Below the pieces are notes generated by a model. That model did not search any database. It saw nothing but the letters and a program-made list of their open reading frames with translations, and was not told where the DNA came from. Positions 12,144-25,413 of a stretch of 64,000 nucleotides of DNA are shown piece by piece. The stretch is taken from contig NC_057728.1 in the NCBI RefSeq assembly GCF_004010195.1, forward strand, positions 40,652,346 to 40,716,345, given 5' to 3'. The position numbers and the translations under genes are program-made. The DNA is from Chiloscyllium plagiosum. Lineage: Eukaryota. Each line of letters begins with the position of its first letter. Positions within the stretch are counted from its first letter, which is position 1.

Positions 12144-14148
12144 TGCGCTTTTTATTGTGCAGAATTCAAAATAAGAGTAATCTCAAATGATTGCTGTGTA
12201 AATAAAATTATTTCAAAATAAAAATGAAAAATAGAATTGCTGACTGTTTATAATGAGAGGTAACAGTTCAGTGCTGTCTGTTGTAGATCAGGATTGGATC
12301 ATTCAAAAGTGGGTTTTAAAAGTGAAATGAAAAACTGACTCACAAACTAAAGGTGATTTGGCAAACTCTGCCTGTGATGTAAATATTCATGATACCTGAC
12401 TCAGTGCAACTGCAGCAATTAATTGAAAACACCTTTCTTACAGCACACCTTCTATTGTTTGTATTGGGTAATGACTACACATAATGTAAACAGCAATAAA
12501 AAAGTCTTTTTGTTGACTGTTCCTGTCACCTAGATTGATTTTAAATTTATTTTTATTTTATTTCCTCTTGACCAAGGTTGCAGATTTAGTCGTATGAGTT
12601 GAATTAACCTGCTTGCATTATCATGGATGATTTAAGACAACAAAATACAAAAGATAGTTAATTAAACTAGTCAGCAGTTGATTAATCTTTAAAAAGAAGC
12701 ACATTAAGACAGACAATGATTGCAATTCAGACTACCTCATAGGCTTAAAATCTGAAGCCACCAAGAAGTTAAACTAAATTGATTTTTGAGACACAAATAG
12801 TGTATCATGGAATTGATTTCAATGAGAAAAAACCTTCAGTTTCACTCACATCTGCAGCTAGCTTTATGAATTATGAGCCTTTTTACAATTATGAAATAGT
12901 CCAGCAAAGTGCTATTAATGGTGCATTTTCCGTAAAGGCTCATCCTGTTGAAATTAATTCATGTTGTATGATGGATAGGACAAGTATATAATGGTATTTT
13001 TGATGTCCACGCAAAGGGTAAACACATTAGAAAAAATTGATAAAATTCAATGGAAAATTCATTCATTGTCTAAAATTCATCACGCAGCTTAATGAAGTCT
13101 AAGGCTTGACCAAACAATGTCCATAGATTAATCAGGTAACACCAGTTCTATGATCGATTGCTCACTAGGAAGAATTTACATAATTGTGAATCTGTCTTTG
13201 ACTTTCTTGACTCATCTTGGGCTGTTGCTATAGCAATATGCTGTGGTTCTTTGCTACACAGTGTAGCTTGTTACTAGGATGGATTTAATATCTGAGCACA
13301 CTTACATTTTCTTGTGTTAGCTTTGTTTTCGATGTGTTAGCTCCTTTCAACATTTTCTGATGTTACATTATATTCAGCAATATAGTTTCCTATTGACTTA
13401 CTTCATTAATTGAAGGAATGCTGTAAGTAAGATCCAAGCTTTATATTGATTTACATAAAATGAAATGTAATTTTGAGACTACCTAAAGAGAGGTCTTTTT
13501 GGAAACATTTGCATTCCAATCATGCCAAAATATATTCAAGGCTATTCACACTGATAAGATTGTAATAATTATTCTAAACTGTTACAATGGCTCCTCTAAA
13601 GCTGTAAGCTGCAGATCCAGATATATACTTCCTTGTCAGACAGGAAAGGTCAACTATACCCAAAGGCTTCGAATACAGGCATGCCTAAGTTTGATTTTGT
13701 TTATGGAACAGTGCTTTCTCAGGAAATGACATGGAAAAAGACTTCCCTATGCCGTTTATTGTAATACATTTATTGTTTAACCTGCTGAAGTGGATTTATA
13801 ATTCAACAATAAATAAACATCAGTCTGCATTTTCCTGCCGCAGTCATGAACACACGGTCAGGCTGATTACTGAGTTGTAATCCAGGGGCATGCATGACCA
13901 TTCACTGGAGGGATCCTGTTGGAGGAAGTCCATTTAGAGGCCACCTCCAGTAGCAGCATACAACAAGGGACAGTTGGCAGCTTAATAGTACTGGAAGGCA
14001 AAACTGAGGACCAGAAAGTGATGGAGAATAGGTGAATTGTGAATACTAGTGAGGTGCTGGGTTTAATGGGGAAAGTGATGGAGGTGCCCTAAAGCTGTTG
14101 GGACTGGCAGCCTCTTCACGCTCAAAACTACTCAATGGATTTGACTGA

Positions 14149-16419
14149 CAGATGTTCCCTGTAAGTTCTGCACATGTGCAGTTATACATGAAGCGAAGGT
14201 TTCTGTGCATGCCTCATAATTCTCCACGCACCAAGCCCAGAACCTGTGAACAGATAGGTAAGTTACTCCCTTGATAAAATAGGCTTAGCCCAAAGGAAAA
14301 GCAGTCGAGTCTTGAAGCTCCTTAGGAAAGAAATCCTGAACACATTAAAAAAATGGCTTTGAGATCATTAAACCCAAAATGACATCTTCAACAGAAATGT
14401 AAAAGGTACTAAGATTTTCATTCATCATGAAACAGTCGATAATCTATTTGCTCTAAAACAAACGTGGGTGGCAAGTTCAACACTGGAATAAAGTCTACAG
14501 ATGGAAACTGAACAATCTAAAACAACATTGAACCAAAAAGTAGATTCTGTAATAAGTTCTGAAATCACAACAAAGTTAGAAATTTATGAATGCCTCCCGA
14601 AACGTCAGGAGGATGGGAGCTGAGGGTGGAGCGTACAGGGCTCAGCAAGACCAACCCCGAGACTGCGAAAGTATCATGCCTGCAGTGAAAATGAATGTGC
14701 CCACACTATCTGTTTAAGAGACTCATAATCTTGTAGACCACAGCAGATACTGAGAGTTGGGGCAGTCGGAATTACAATTTTGGATTTGTGGAATGCACTA
14801 GCTTCCTTATACGGAACGAGATCCTGGGTGAATTGTGCAAATTACATTGTCATGTTTTGATGGCGGATGAAAGTTCAGACATTTCAGTACAAACAAATGT
14901 TCAATTTGTACAACTTTTGACCACAAACTGAACTTATTTATAAGGCGGTCTTTTGCAGGAATTTTAAAACAGACTGCTAGCAACGTAGTCTCCATTATGA
15001 CAGCAATCAAGCAATTTTAAGCTGACAGTTACCTTGATTTACTGAAGACGGTGTTGTTTATATCAGACGGAGTTCTTGTTAGGCTCAGAAAGAATAATGG
15101 AGTAACGGTTGTGGTGCGACAGGAAATCAATCATTTGTCGGAACAGCATTGTACTGTTCGCAGAGAAGAATTTGGAATAGATGGTGCTTGGAATCAGGTC
15201 TCGATTGTGCATGCTATTGAAACATTTCAAAGAACAGCATATACAATACTCATCAAGTCATCCGTGAAGAAAAGTTATTTGGAAGAATTGGTCAAAGTTG
15301 CAGCGTGTGATACAGTGGCATTTTGACCTCTGAAGTGAGGTGGCTGTCACTTTCCAGTGTGTGCACCACGGCAAAACTATAACATCTTGATTAGGAACAT
15401 GTGAATGAGTGCATGATCCAATAAACAAATATTGCCCGAAAATGATCTCATAACCATACTATCACGTTGCATTGACAGCTCAACACGATGTTCTAAGTGA
15501 ACTAGGCATTGCTGTACACATTCTTTCAGAGAAGCTGTTCGACAACAATTGAAGTTATACATTTTGCAAAGGCAAGAATAATAAGTGAAGACTCAGTCTT
15601 GAGGTGAACATGTTTATAGGAGTGAGGATTTTGAGAAGGCTCTAACTGCTCCAGACGGTGATGTTGACACTGCTGCAAATCTATTTATTCAGCTGCTATG
15701 TGACCCAGATAGCAGATTTCCAGAAAGTAAAGTAATGGAGAGGCATGTATTTGATCAGCCTGCAATCACCACCAAGTCAACTGGTTATGAATTTGCAAAA
15801 TACAACTGATATCAAATATTTCACACTATACCAAACTATATCAAAATTGTGACCACAAGGATACTTGAATAATACTTTGAATTCAAATTTATAATTGTGG
15901 AAAAGCCAAGACTGATTCCATTTAGACAAGTCATTTGATGAACTTACAAGATGACCAATTTCAAGAAATGTTCATTCTTCTGGGCATTGGTACCACCTGT
16001 CAGGCAAGTGTTGACCTGTGTGTGGGTTTAGCTTCATGAAGTTAATTAAGTATAAATCCAGAAATAGATTAGAAATAGATCACTTTGAGAACCTGATGCA
16101 AATTAAGTTATACACCCAGACAAATATCAACATGAGGTGGCACACGGTCATTAGGCAGCCACTAAAGACAGATGTAAAAAGCTGCCAGCAAAGAAATGAA
16201 GAAATGATGAGTGTCATCCTTTGGCCATGTTTTATACATAGTGTACCTAGGTGCCACAAATAAATAAATCCCTAGATATCTGTTTATTTTAACAGGTAGA
16301 ACATCTGTACAAGCATGCAGTGAAAAAATTGCTGTAAGACTTCTGTTTATTGGTTGGAATGTGCCATTCAGATTACCCCAAGTTCCAACAAGGCACTAGA
16401 CAAATTACAGGGAACACTG
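14149..16419 (+). mobile_element. hAT DNA transposon fossil (Tip100/ZNF862-like transposase pseudogene) with TIRs
   Basis: Left end cagatgttccctgtaa (14149); right end ttacagggaacactg (to 16419). ORF 15051..15326 reads FISDG...NNGV...HLSEQHC..RREE (DG and CxxH-region remnant). ORF 16018..16263 reads CGFSFMKLIKYKSRNRLEIDHFENLMQI (hAT dimerisation domain). Confidence 0.85.
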
Positions 16420-19363
16420 GTGATAAGTGAACAGCCATAAGCATTTATCTGCAGGTTCACAAAGGTTGCCAACTTAATGTTTAACATGAACAATGTGGTT
16501 GACTATCACAGCATTCCAATTGCCCACTCAACACATGTTGATACTCATCAATCCCTTTCATCCCTAAATATTTGTATGCTTCTGGTGCCATGTTTTAAAA
16601 TATTGTCTTTTCATCTTTGGGTTGGATCTTATCATCCTCCCACATTAGATGCCACTAATTGCAGCCTGCCAAGAATTGGGTCAATCAGATTGTACACTAA
16701 ACTTTGCAGTCTCTACCCACCACTGGAAGTGAGGACTGCATCCCTGGAATGCAAGGTATAATATGTTTCAAATAAAACAAGGGAAGAATAATATAACATT
16801 TTTTTTAATGATGGCTGTAATTAAGATGAAATCTGATCTGTTTATTGATAACTAAACATTGAAGCATACAAATTTTAAGGTATTTAAATACTTTATGAAA
16901 AGCCAACCTGAAACATCTTGATATTTCTAGTTTTTTCTGATCTGCCAGTGCTACAAATGTTCACTGTCAGATTGTGTTTGCTTATGCCAGGAGCACAAAG
17001 GCTACACAACTACACCACAGCATAAACCATCAATCAAACAGGTGTTTACAAAATAATAGCAGTGTCACAGATCTTTTTCTGTCAACTTAATTGCATCCTG
17101 ATTAGAATCATTGTCTCGAACTTTGTACTTTACAGCCTGATTCCAAAGGTAGCACTTAGAAAACATAACAGTATCATTCACTCACATGCCAGTATAACTT
17201 CCAGATGTTATTCACAATTCAGATATTTGTATTTGTTCTAGTGCCTTCAATTTATTGTTGCTATGCAACATAATACATGATGTACATATTAGCCAAAAAC
17301 CTATCTTTTGGTCAAACTGAGATTTCACTGAGTTGTATCCTGAAGGGTGGGATCTTCATAATATATTTATCTGAAAACTGTGTAAGCCACAAAACGTTCA
17401 GCATATTTGCCATTTCTTTTGTTATTGTAGAGCTGGCTGGATTCTCACATTTTGCACTCAGCTACATTTTCACAATCCAAGACTTTATAGCATAAAATTC
17501 AGCACAATGGAGGGTTTGGGAAGTGGAGTATGTCCAGGCTGATTCAATGTTCTCTGACAATCTTAGGAGAGGCCAAAGAAGAATATTACAGAGTAAAGTT
17601 CAGAAGATGAATTACAAAAGTAGAATTCTAGAGGATGTATTGAGCAGAGTTCCATTTGATGAGCAGTTTATTAGGCCCTGTAGTTCCACAAAACATAGTA
17701 CATTATATAGAATGCAGAATTTAGTCTGGATAAAACACATTATAAATCTGACTAATTTAGTGCATAGCTGATGAAACTCTACTAATAATAATCCTTAGGA
17801 TGTATAGTCTGTACACTGCAATGTTTAGAGAATGAACCATACATTCATATATTGGAATTCTACAGGCTAACCTAAATATGGCAATATTCTGTGGGATAAG
17901 TCACATCTCATAAAGTAATGCTTTTAATGAACAATAAATTTATTCAAATCATTATTGCACTGTATGCTCCTACAAAGCATTTTCAGAGCTGAAATAGTCA
18001 AGAGACTGCTTGGCTGTCCTCAGACGTCTTACTGGAAATGAAACTTCCATATTAATCCAGCAATTTAAGTTCAATGTAGAAGTAAATAGTGTGAAAAATT
18101 GAAATTTTGTGAGGAAGAAGCTCTAGGATAACATTGCAGATATTTAGGGAGGTGTGAATGGTGTTGCATCTATGAGACTGTTTACTGTAACTAAACTTTT
18201 TGAAAAGAAATTATTATGATCCATCAAGAGTTCTGCCTTTCATAAACTATAACAATGAACAATAGCAGTTCTTTTCTAGACCCACAGACAGCAGTAACAG
18301 ATTTCTCTAAAACTCAGATTTTGTGGGTCAGTGGAGACAGCCCAGAATGGCCCTATTTCGACTGTGCAAAGAGTCTGCAAAAAGACTTCTTCTGTCATAA
18401 AGAGAAATTGAGACAGACACTTTGGACAGAATCTTATAGGAATCTGAACAATGGAGGCTATGGAGAGATTTGTGACAGGATTGGGCAAGAAGGTCCCGAC
18501 TTTGGGAAGAACTCTCAATCCTTTATACATCTGCTGAGCAATGTAGTGAGTTTCCAATTAAGGAGGATTATAGCTTGTTAAATGTATTTTCATGCCACAA
18601 CTCAGTTCATTCATATTTCTGTTTTGTCAAATGTGCCGAACAATATAGACTCGAGAATTCTTGACAAGGAATAGGGTACCTGACTACTTCAGCTCACTGT
18701 TTTCTTCAGCCAATCTCCATATTTGATACTAGCAGCAACATGTCAAGACACACTGCATTGGCAAGAATCACATGCACGCCATGTTCACAGACATTGGTAT
18801 CTGCCCTGTGTCAGCCTTTATGAACTCTCTTCGCACATCTCCAATCCACTTACAGTATACTTCTGCACTTCAATGCTGTATCTTAGGCAGCACCAGAAAC
18901 CTTGCTGCTGCAAGGACACCAAGTGCTTGGGGACACAAATGCAGATTAGAGACTGTTCACTTGCTGTTATAGCATTCACTCACTCTGAGCCTACCTGGAT
19001 GCATCTGTACCTTGCATTGACTTGCCTGTTTTGTGCTTTGCCCCCTCAGCCAGAGATACCACTGGTTCATATTATTCCTTGCTGATTACAGCTGATATAA
19101 AGCCAGGAACATTGGCATAGTTGTCATATTTGTCAGTGTTTCTCAATCAAGTCAAGTCCAACAGCCTTCATCACAGGGTCATGGCTCAGTAAGACAGGGC
19201 AACATCCAATACCAGTCCAAGTGCTTGGACACAGTCAGTCGGCCACTCATGACAGTCTGAGTCAGGATGCTCTCCTCATTAGGGATGAGGAACCAAATGT
19301 TGGGCAACCCACCATCCATCTTGACTCCTTTGGCCCTATTATAGGTTGTTTTCCTCCTGGAAT

Positions 19364-19590
19364 TTATTCAGTCATGGGATGTGGGTGTCGCTGGCGGACA
19401 TTAGTGAATCAGTTGGGTTTTTAATGACATTTAAAAATATGTACATGGTCACTAGCTATTTTTAATTCCAGATTTTTATTGAATTCAAATGCTACTGGCT
19501 GCCATGGTTGGATTTGAACCCATGAACCCAGAATATTAACTCGGGGCTCTGGATTGCTCATTTAGTGACATTACCACTTCATCACCATCT
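19364..19590 (-). mobile_element. tRNA-derived SINE sharing its 3' tail with the LINE at 25895-27465 (internally deleted copy)
   Basis: Minus-strand head agatggtgatgaagtggtaatgtcac...gggttcaaatcc (A/B boxes); tail antisense tcatgggatgtgggtgtcgctggc. Confidence 0.75.
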
Positions 19591-19791
19591 TGCCATGGGA
19601 GAGAGAGGTAGGTACTAAAGGAGGTATACAGTAAATGGGTGGCGTAGATGTTACTGTTGGTGCAGTTGGAGATGTGTCCTGGGAGAGTGAGTAGATAGTG
19701 CTGAGGGCATGCAGCATTTGTGATGTTGGAGATTGTGGCAGGCAGTAATGAATGAATAAACCTAGATTGCTGTTGGGGTTTATTCAATATA

Positions 19792-19987
19792 CCATATCAG
19801 TTACATGCATTACAGAGTGATCTTTTGCTATAAATTCTGTGTCTTATGATCCTGCTCTACAGTTACCTGATGAAGGAGCAGCACTCTGGAAGCTAGTGCT
19901 TCCAAATAAACCTGTTGGACTATAACCTGGTGTTTTGAGATTTTTAACTTTGTCCACCCCAGTCCAACACCTGCACCTCCACATCAT
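19792..19987 (+). mobile_element. Penelope-like pLTR, family A, with degenerate hammerhead (19864-19898)
   Basis: tacctgatgaaggagcagcactctggaagctagtgcttccaaataaacctgttggactataacctgg matches the 61232-61317 copy. Confidence 0.85.
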
Positions 19988-20899
19988 AGATCTATGAAAG
20001 AATTGCTACAAGTGTAGGCTCAAGGCATTGAAAGGTAGGCACTCGTGTTTAGAATCTAAATCATGGCTGTATCACAGAAATCTTGAACAATGAGACAAGA
20101 TTTCCAACCAGAGTTGATTGGAAACAGCAGACTCTGACACCTCCAATATTCACTAAATAGTTTCCCTCTGATTATGAGGCAGGTAGTAACCACATCAGCA
20201 TATCAGGGCCAAAAATGAGAATATCCGTCACCACACAGACCTACACAAAAGGTCAAACATTGACTTAAGATATAGCTGCTAATGATATTCTTTCCTCACC
20301 TTTACAAGTAAGTTCAGTGTAAGTATCTGATTGATCATTCATCTGACAGGGTTGCAATTATTCTCCTCCTGCTTTCTGTTCTTCTGAAGAAAAACTCCCG
20401 ACCTACCGGAAAGTAGAAACATCTTTCCGATAACTGAATGAAGAGTAATTAGTGCACTCAGTACTGTATCATTTATTGTCACAGATAAACAAAATAACCC
20501 CATGAAAATTCCCATGTCACAGCAAAGTGGTGTATTTAGTCAGTGACTACTAACTTGCTAACTCTAAAATGTTCTGCTGGATAGTGGACCAAAAACAATG
20601 ACATAAATCATCACAATAACTAATAGTGAAAATTTCAGCTCATCTAGCACAGGATGTTGGAATAGCAGTCCAGTAACTTGACAGAAGTGAATGTGTCATG
20701 AGAGATGTGGAAGATAGAGCTGAGTGTCATCAAAGTAAATATGAAAGCTGATGCTGTACTTGATGGTGCACCAAGGGGTATTATGTGAACAAGAATTCAG
20801 AGATAGCGAAGGACGGTTCCTTGGGATGCCAGAGATAATGATGTGAAAGCAACAAGGGAAGCCTTGCAAATTAAACCCCAGCTATACAATTAGATATTA

Positions 20900-21743
20900 T
20901 CCTTTGGGTGTGAGCACACATTGATGATGAAGTCCAACGTTGACACCAATGTGCCAGGGCAGCCTTCCCACACCTCATGAACAGAGTGTCTGAAGTCTGA
21001 AAAGTCAAACTCAGCACCTAGCACATGGTTCATAGAACAGCCATGGACCCACCCTGCATGAAACATGGACCACGTACAGCAGTCAGCTCAAATTCCTAGA
21101 GAGTTATCACCAGCAATGCCTTGCAAAATCCTGAAAGCAGGATAGGTGTGTCAACATGAGCATCCTCTTCCAGATCGAGGTACTGGCCACACATGAACAG
21201 CTGCAGTGGGAGGACCACATTGTCTACATCGAGAGTGTGGTGCTGGAAAAGTACAGCCAGTCACGCAGCATCCAAGGAGCAGGAGAATCGACATTTTGAG
21301 CATAAGCTCTTCATCGGGAATGAGGCTCATTATCTGCATGCCTGACACAAGCCCCCCCCAAACATGAGCTTTACTGGGAGCTCTGCAATGCAATCATAGG
21401 AGGGCAGAGGAAATGCTACAAAGACATCCTGAAAGCCTCCCTAAACAGATGCAACATCCCCACTAATATGTGGGGATCGCTTGCCCTAGAATGCACAAAC
21501 TGGCAAGGAAGCATTCATAAAGACATCAAGTACTCATGCATTACTGTGTGGAGCAAACACAAGCTGCAGAAAAGAATGCACAGAATCCAGACAGTCCCAT
21601 CCACCTACCGCAAACATCACCAGCCCCACCTGTAGCAAAGACTGTGCCTCTAGAATTGAACTATTCAGCCATTGCACAACTCATGTCCCAGGGTGGGAGC
21701 AAGTCATCCTTGATCCTACAGGACCGCCAAAGCAGAAGAAGAT
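20900..21743 (+). mobile_element. RTE-clade LINE 3' remnant
   Basis: ccttgcaaaatcctg (cf. LRKIL); ggaccacattgtc/ctgcatgcctgacacaag (cf. GHIVRMPDTR); gacatcctgaaagcctccctaaacagatgcaacatcccc (DILKASLNRCNIP); ends with gcagaagaaga. Confidence 0.75.
21230..21327 (-). mobile_element. Penelope-like pLTR family B inserted into the RTE, about 12-bp TSD
   Basis: Flanked by cattgtctacat (21218-21229) and cattatctgcat (21328-21339). Confidence 0.8.
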
Positions 21744-23672
21744 AAATAGGAATGGAATCAGGAAACAGCCATCCTGCACAGTTGAAAACAGTGGAAAAGT
21801 GTTGGAGGAGGATTGTTTAGTTAACTACATCAACATATAGGTCAAAAATGTTGCGGAGGGTTAATTTATCGTTATCCCAGTTGCATTGAATATCATTTGT
21901 GGCTTTATTGAGAACTGATTCAGTATAGTGGTAGGGGCAGAAAACTGATTGGAGAGATTCAAACTCAGAATTCCAGAAAAAGTAGGTACAAATTTGTGAA
22001 GTTAAAATTTGGTGATTGGCTGTATAGGTATGGGATGCTTTGTGCCTCATTCTTTTAAATGCAAAATGCTGATTCTGTTACTTCAAAGAGCCTCCTTAGC
22101 TTTGTCAGCGATTTGATGAGCCGAATTTTAATTACTCCTTGCAAGTTAAGTTCTGTATAGAGAGTCATGTTCCTTGAAAGGCAAGTGGAAAATATTCCAT
22201 TCTAAGCTGCCAATTGCACAAACATTCTATGGAGACAAACTGTATAACAGTGAAAACTATATGATTATATCTGTTAAATTTCAAAGATTGTTTTCTGATA
22301 GCGGACTTTAATAGCAGGGTATTGGACACATTTCAACTGATGCTGGGAATTTTACAGAAATAGCTTTAAAGGTAGTTACATGAGCAGGCTTCAAATTCAA
22401 TTATCATTACACAGGATAATAACCATAGTAAATAATATTAACACAGGCGATGAATTTGCAGTGATCCAGCTCAGGTGCCTGATGGTAAATGTGCTTTTTG
22501 AAAAAGAGACAATAAGTGTACAGTTTATTATCTTTTGTACATTTCAAGAGGACATTACCTTAATTAAGCAGACTCCATTAGGATAATTAGCTCTGCTAGA
22601 TATTTTAGTTTTTGATGTAAGGTTGTTCAATTTCTTAATGTCAAATCATCACATTTACATACCTTGTAATGTGAGATGAGACATGTATGTCATATAAATG
22701 CAAAGAGATGTTATTTTTATTACAAATCACAGGATTGTAATGACACTTGTCAATTTTAGCACAAGATTATGCTTTATTAGTCAATGTTTTGTTTTTGCTC
22801 TCAAAAATTAATTCTTTCTCTGTGAATGCCTTTATACATTATTAAGAAAAGGGAGGCCTTACAATGAATTTTCTTTGATCTTCCGGAATAACATTTTTTC
22901 TTTTGTACAAAAATAGAAAGCTTTCATTTGCATAAAGCCCTATTTGCAAAAGGCATAATAAACAATTGGCATTTTTAAAAAAAAATGTTTTACTGGAAAT
23001 TTTCACCTGAGTAGCATTATAAAGTCAGGAATATTTCAAAGGAAATTATCTCTGAGAAATGTCTTTCTGGATATATAGTCAGATCTGTGATCAAAGTGAT
23101 CAAAGAATATCAGTGCTATAATTATTTCATCACTCTGGAAACTATAAATCTATTAATGTTTAGTAAGAATGAACATAAACATGAATTATTTTAATGGAAA
23201 AAGCTTGCAACCTGTCTTTGTTGTAGCGGGAACTTTCTGTGATGAACATATCTTATAACAATGACTTGGTTACTGGCAGCTCCAAGCATTGCGAGAACTT
23301 TAGTTTACATAGGAAGCTCTCCAATATGGTAACAATATCTGATTAACAGCACAGGCTCTTATCTATTTGAACACAGTTACATTCTTGTTCAATTTATGTT
23401 TTTACAATTACCTGTCACCTCAATCCAACTGCCTTCACAATATAACTTATTTTTGAGCATAAATAGAGGTTGTGCTAAGGTCTTGTTCCTTTCTTCTCAG
23501 CATACGATGGATCCATGAACATCTAGCACCCTCTGATAACTCATTTAGATGATCATTCTTCATGGCCAATTCAAAATCCCGGATTATACCTAATCATGGG
23601 ATTACAGTGAGTCAGGCCACTTGTCCAACAGCTAAAAGGCCCTCTGTGGGATAGGGAGAGAAATCATAGACC

Positions 23673-24355
23673 CTTACATTTGTAAAATGTCTTTATCAGA
23701 ACCTCACAAAAGTGTTTTTCAGCCACTGAAGTACTTTCGCAGTCAGTGTTGATATGTTGGGAATTCTAAATGTCCACTTTCCTGCTTCCTGGCCCCATAT
23801 CCAACTTCATATCCACCCACCAAACATTAACTTTAACCCTTACCTTCAAACATACATGTTAATTTATCCCCTCTCAACATTCATCATCAATGTTCTTCAA
23901 TTTGAGCTCTTCATGCTTAATCGTAACCTCTAAGTATTTCAAATTTTTGTAATTTCTAATCTTCCATTTCTGATGTCATGCTTGTGCAGATCGGTTTTTA
24001 TGGCAAGAAGTGAATGTAATGTAAGAGTTAATTTTAAAGAGTACCTGACAAACTAATTAGACTGAAAATTCATAGAATATAAAGAGACCAATTGGAATTA
24101 GGGAAGTTTTATTTGAAATATAATCTGGCAGTAGAAGTGTGTCCATAAGCCACAAACTCCATTTCAGAACTTTAACAAACTTTAGCATCCTGGAGACCAA
24201 TATTGCATCCAAGGTCTGGTTTTCTGTTTGTAAATCTTGCCAAGTGCAAAGTGGACATTTAGAATTCCCAACATATCAACACTGACTGCGAAAGTACTTC
24301 AGTGGCTGAAAAACACTTTTGTGAGGTTCTGATAAAGACATTTTACAAATGTAAG
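23673..24355. repeat. Perfect 108-bp inverted repeat (23673-23780 / 24248-24355), 467-bp spacer
   Basis: Base-by-base comparison: cttacatttgtaaaatg...aaatgtccacttt is the exact reverse complement of aaagtggacattt...acaaatgtaag. Confidence 0.95.
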
Positions 24356-25277
24356 ATTGTTCTATTGAAATCTTTTATGAAACACACTTAGACACGAAAA
24401 GTAAAATACACAGCTTCACCAGTAGTAAAAATATAGCATCAACTTCAAATCCAAACACATCATCAACAAGTAACTGAATTGAATAATGTAGTATTTCTGA
24501 TGTTGTCACATATATGACCTTAACTTACATGAATATACTATACAGATAACTATATAATTGATATTTGTCTCAAATACAAATTTTCAACCAGAAATATTTT
24601 TGGATACAGATTCAAATGCAATGTCTGGAGTATCTGTAGCATCACTTCTCCTCTCAATAAACTGGAACAATTTATATTAAGGTGGTCTTATATCCCTTTG
24701 TGTTCTCATGCAAATAAACATGCAAACACTCCTTTAGGATTGGCCACTTAGAGGGACTTTAAGCTCCAGTCATGCCTACTTTCAATGACTAAGTGTCCTC
24801 CATGGTCCCAATAATGGCCTTTCTGGTCTCCTCCAACTCAATATCCCTTTTCCACTCATTCACTTGCAAGAAAGGTTCACGATAGGAGCATTGAACAGGA
24901 AGGATAATTTGGAAAGATCTTAACATAAGCAGCGAAAAAAGAAAAATCAACATTTTCCCAGCAGTATCCTTTACAGATACTCAACCCCAGTGAAATATTA
25001 CACCTATCTTAACACTTTAATTTCTTGTATAACTGACAAGATTACAAACTGTGTCTTTGATGGATTTCTCACATTATTGTTTCTATTACTGTGTCTTTCT
25101 GGGATAACATTCACAAGCTAACTGACTGACTTTTTCTTCACTGATCTCTAATGAAAACTCAGGGCTTTTTTCCAGCCCTGTCTTACTGGACTGGTAAAAC
25201 AGCTTCAGGCTTCTCTCCAACCCTGATGTTCAAAGCCCATCTGTTGGGATCAGTGGGCCAAATGATCTAACACTGCT

Positions 25278-25413
25278 TTTAGGAGAAAGTGAGGACTGCA
25301 GATGCTGGAGATTCAGTGTCAAAAAGTATAGTGCTGGCAAATTACAGCAGGTCAGGCAGCATCCAAGGAGCAAGAGAGTTGGTGTTTCGGGCATAAACCC
25401 TTCATCAAGAATA
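25278..25413 (-). mobile_element. Penelope-like pLTR family B
   Basis: ttaggagaaagtgaggactgcagatgctggag...tgtttcgggcataaacccttcatcaagaat. Confidence 0.8.

Larger units (their letters stand above)
20560..22020 (-). mobile_element. L2-clade LINE RT remnant, split by an RTE insertion (pieces about 20560-20890 and about 21745-22020)
   Basis: ORF 21817..22050 reads FESLQSVFCPYHYTESVLNKATNDI (cf. L2 FESLQSGFRPxHSTETALxKVTNDI). The antisense of 20700-20840 gives SGIPRNRP.. and FHIYFDDTQLY (cf. GVPQG and YADDTQLY). Confidence 0.75.

Noticed and set aside
16727..16741. aagtgaggactgca match to the family-B pLTR end
   Set aside because: Only 14 bp with no extension, so it could be chance.
18650..19350. 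Possible antisense LINE endonuclease remnant
   Set aside because: The resemblance is too faint to support without an alignment.
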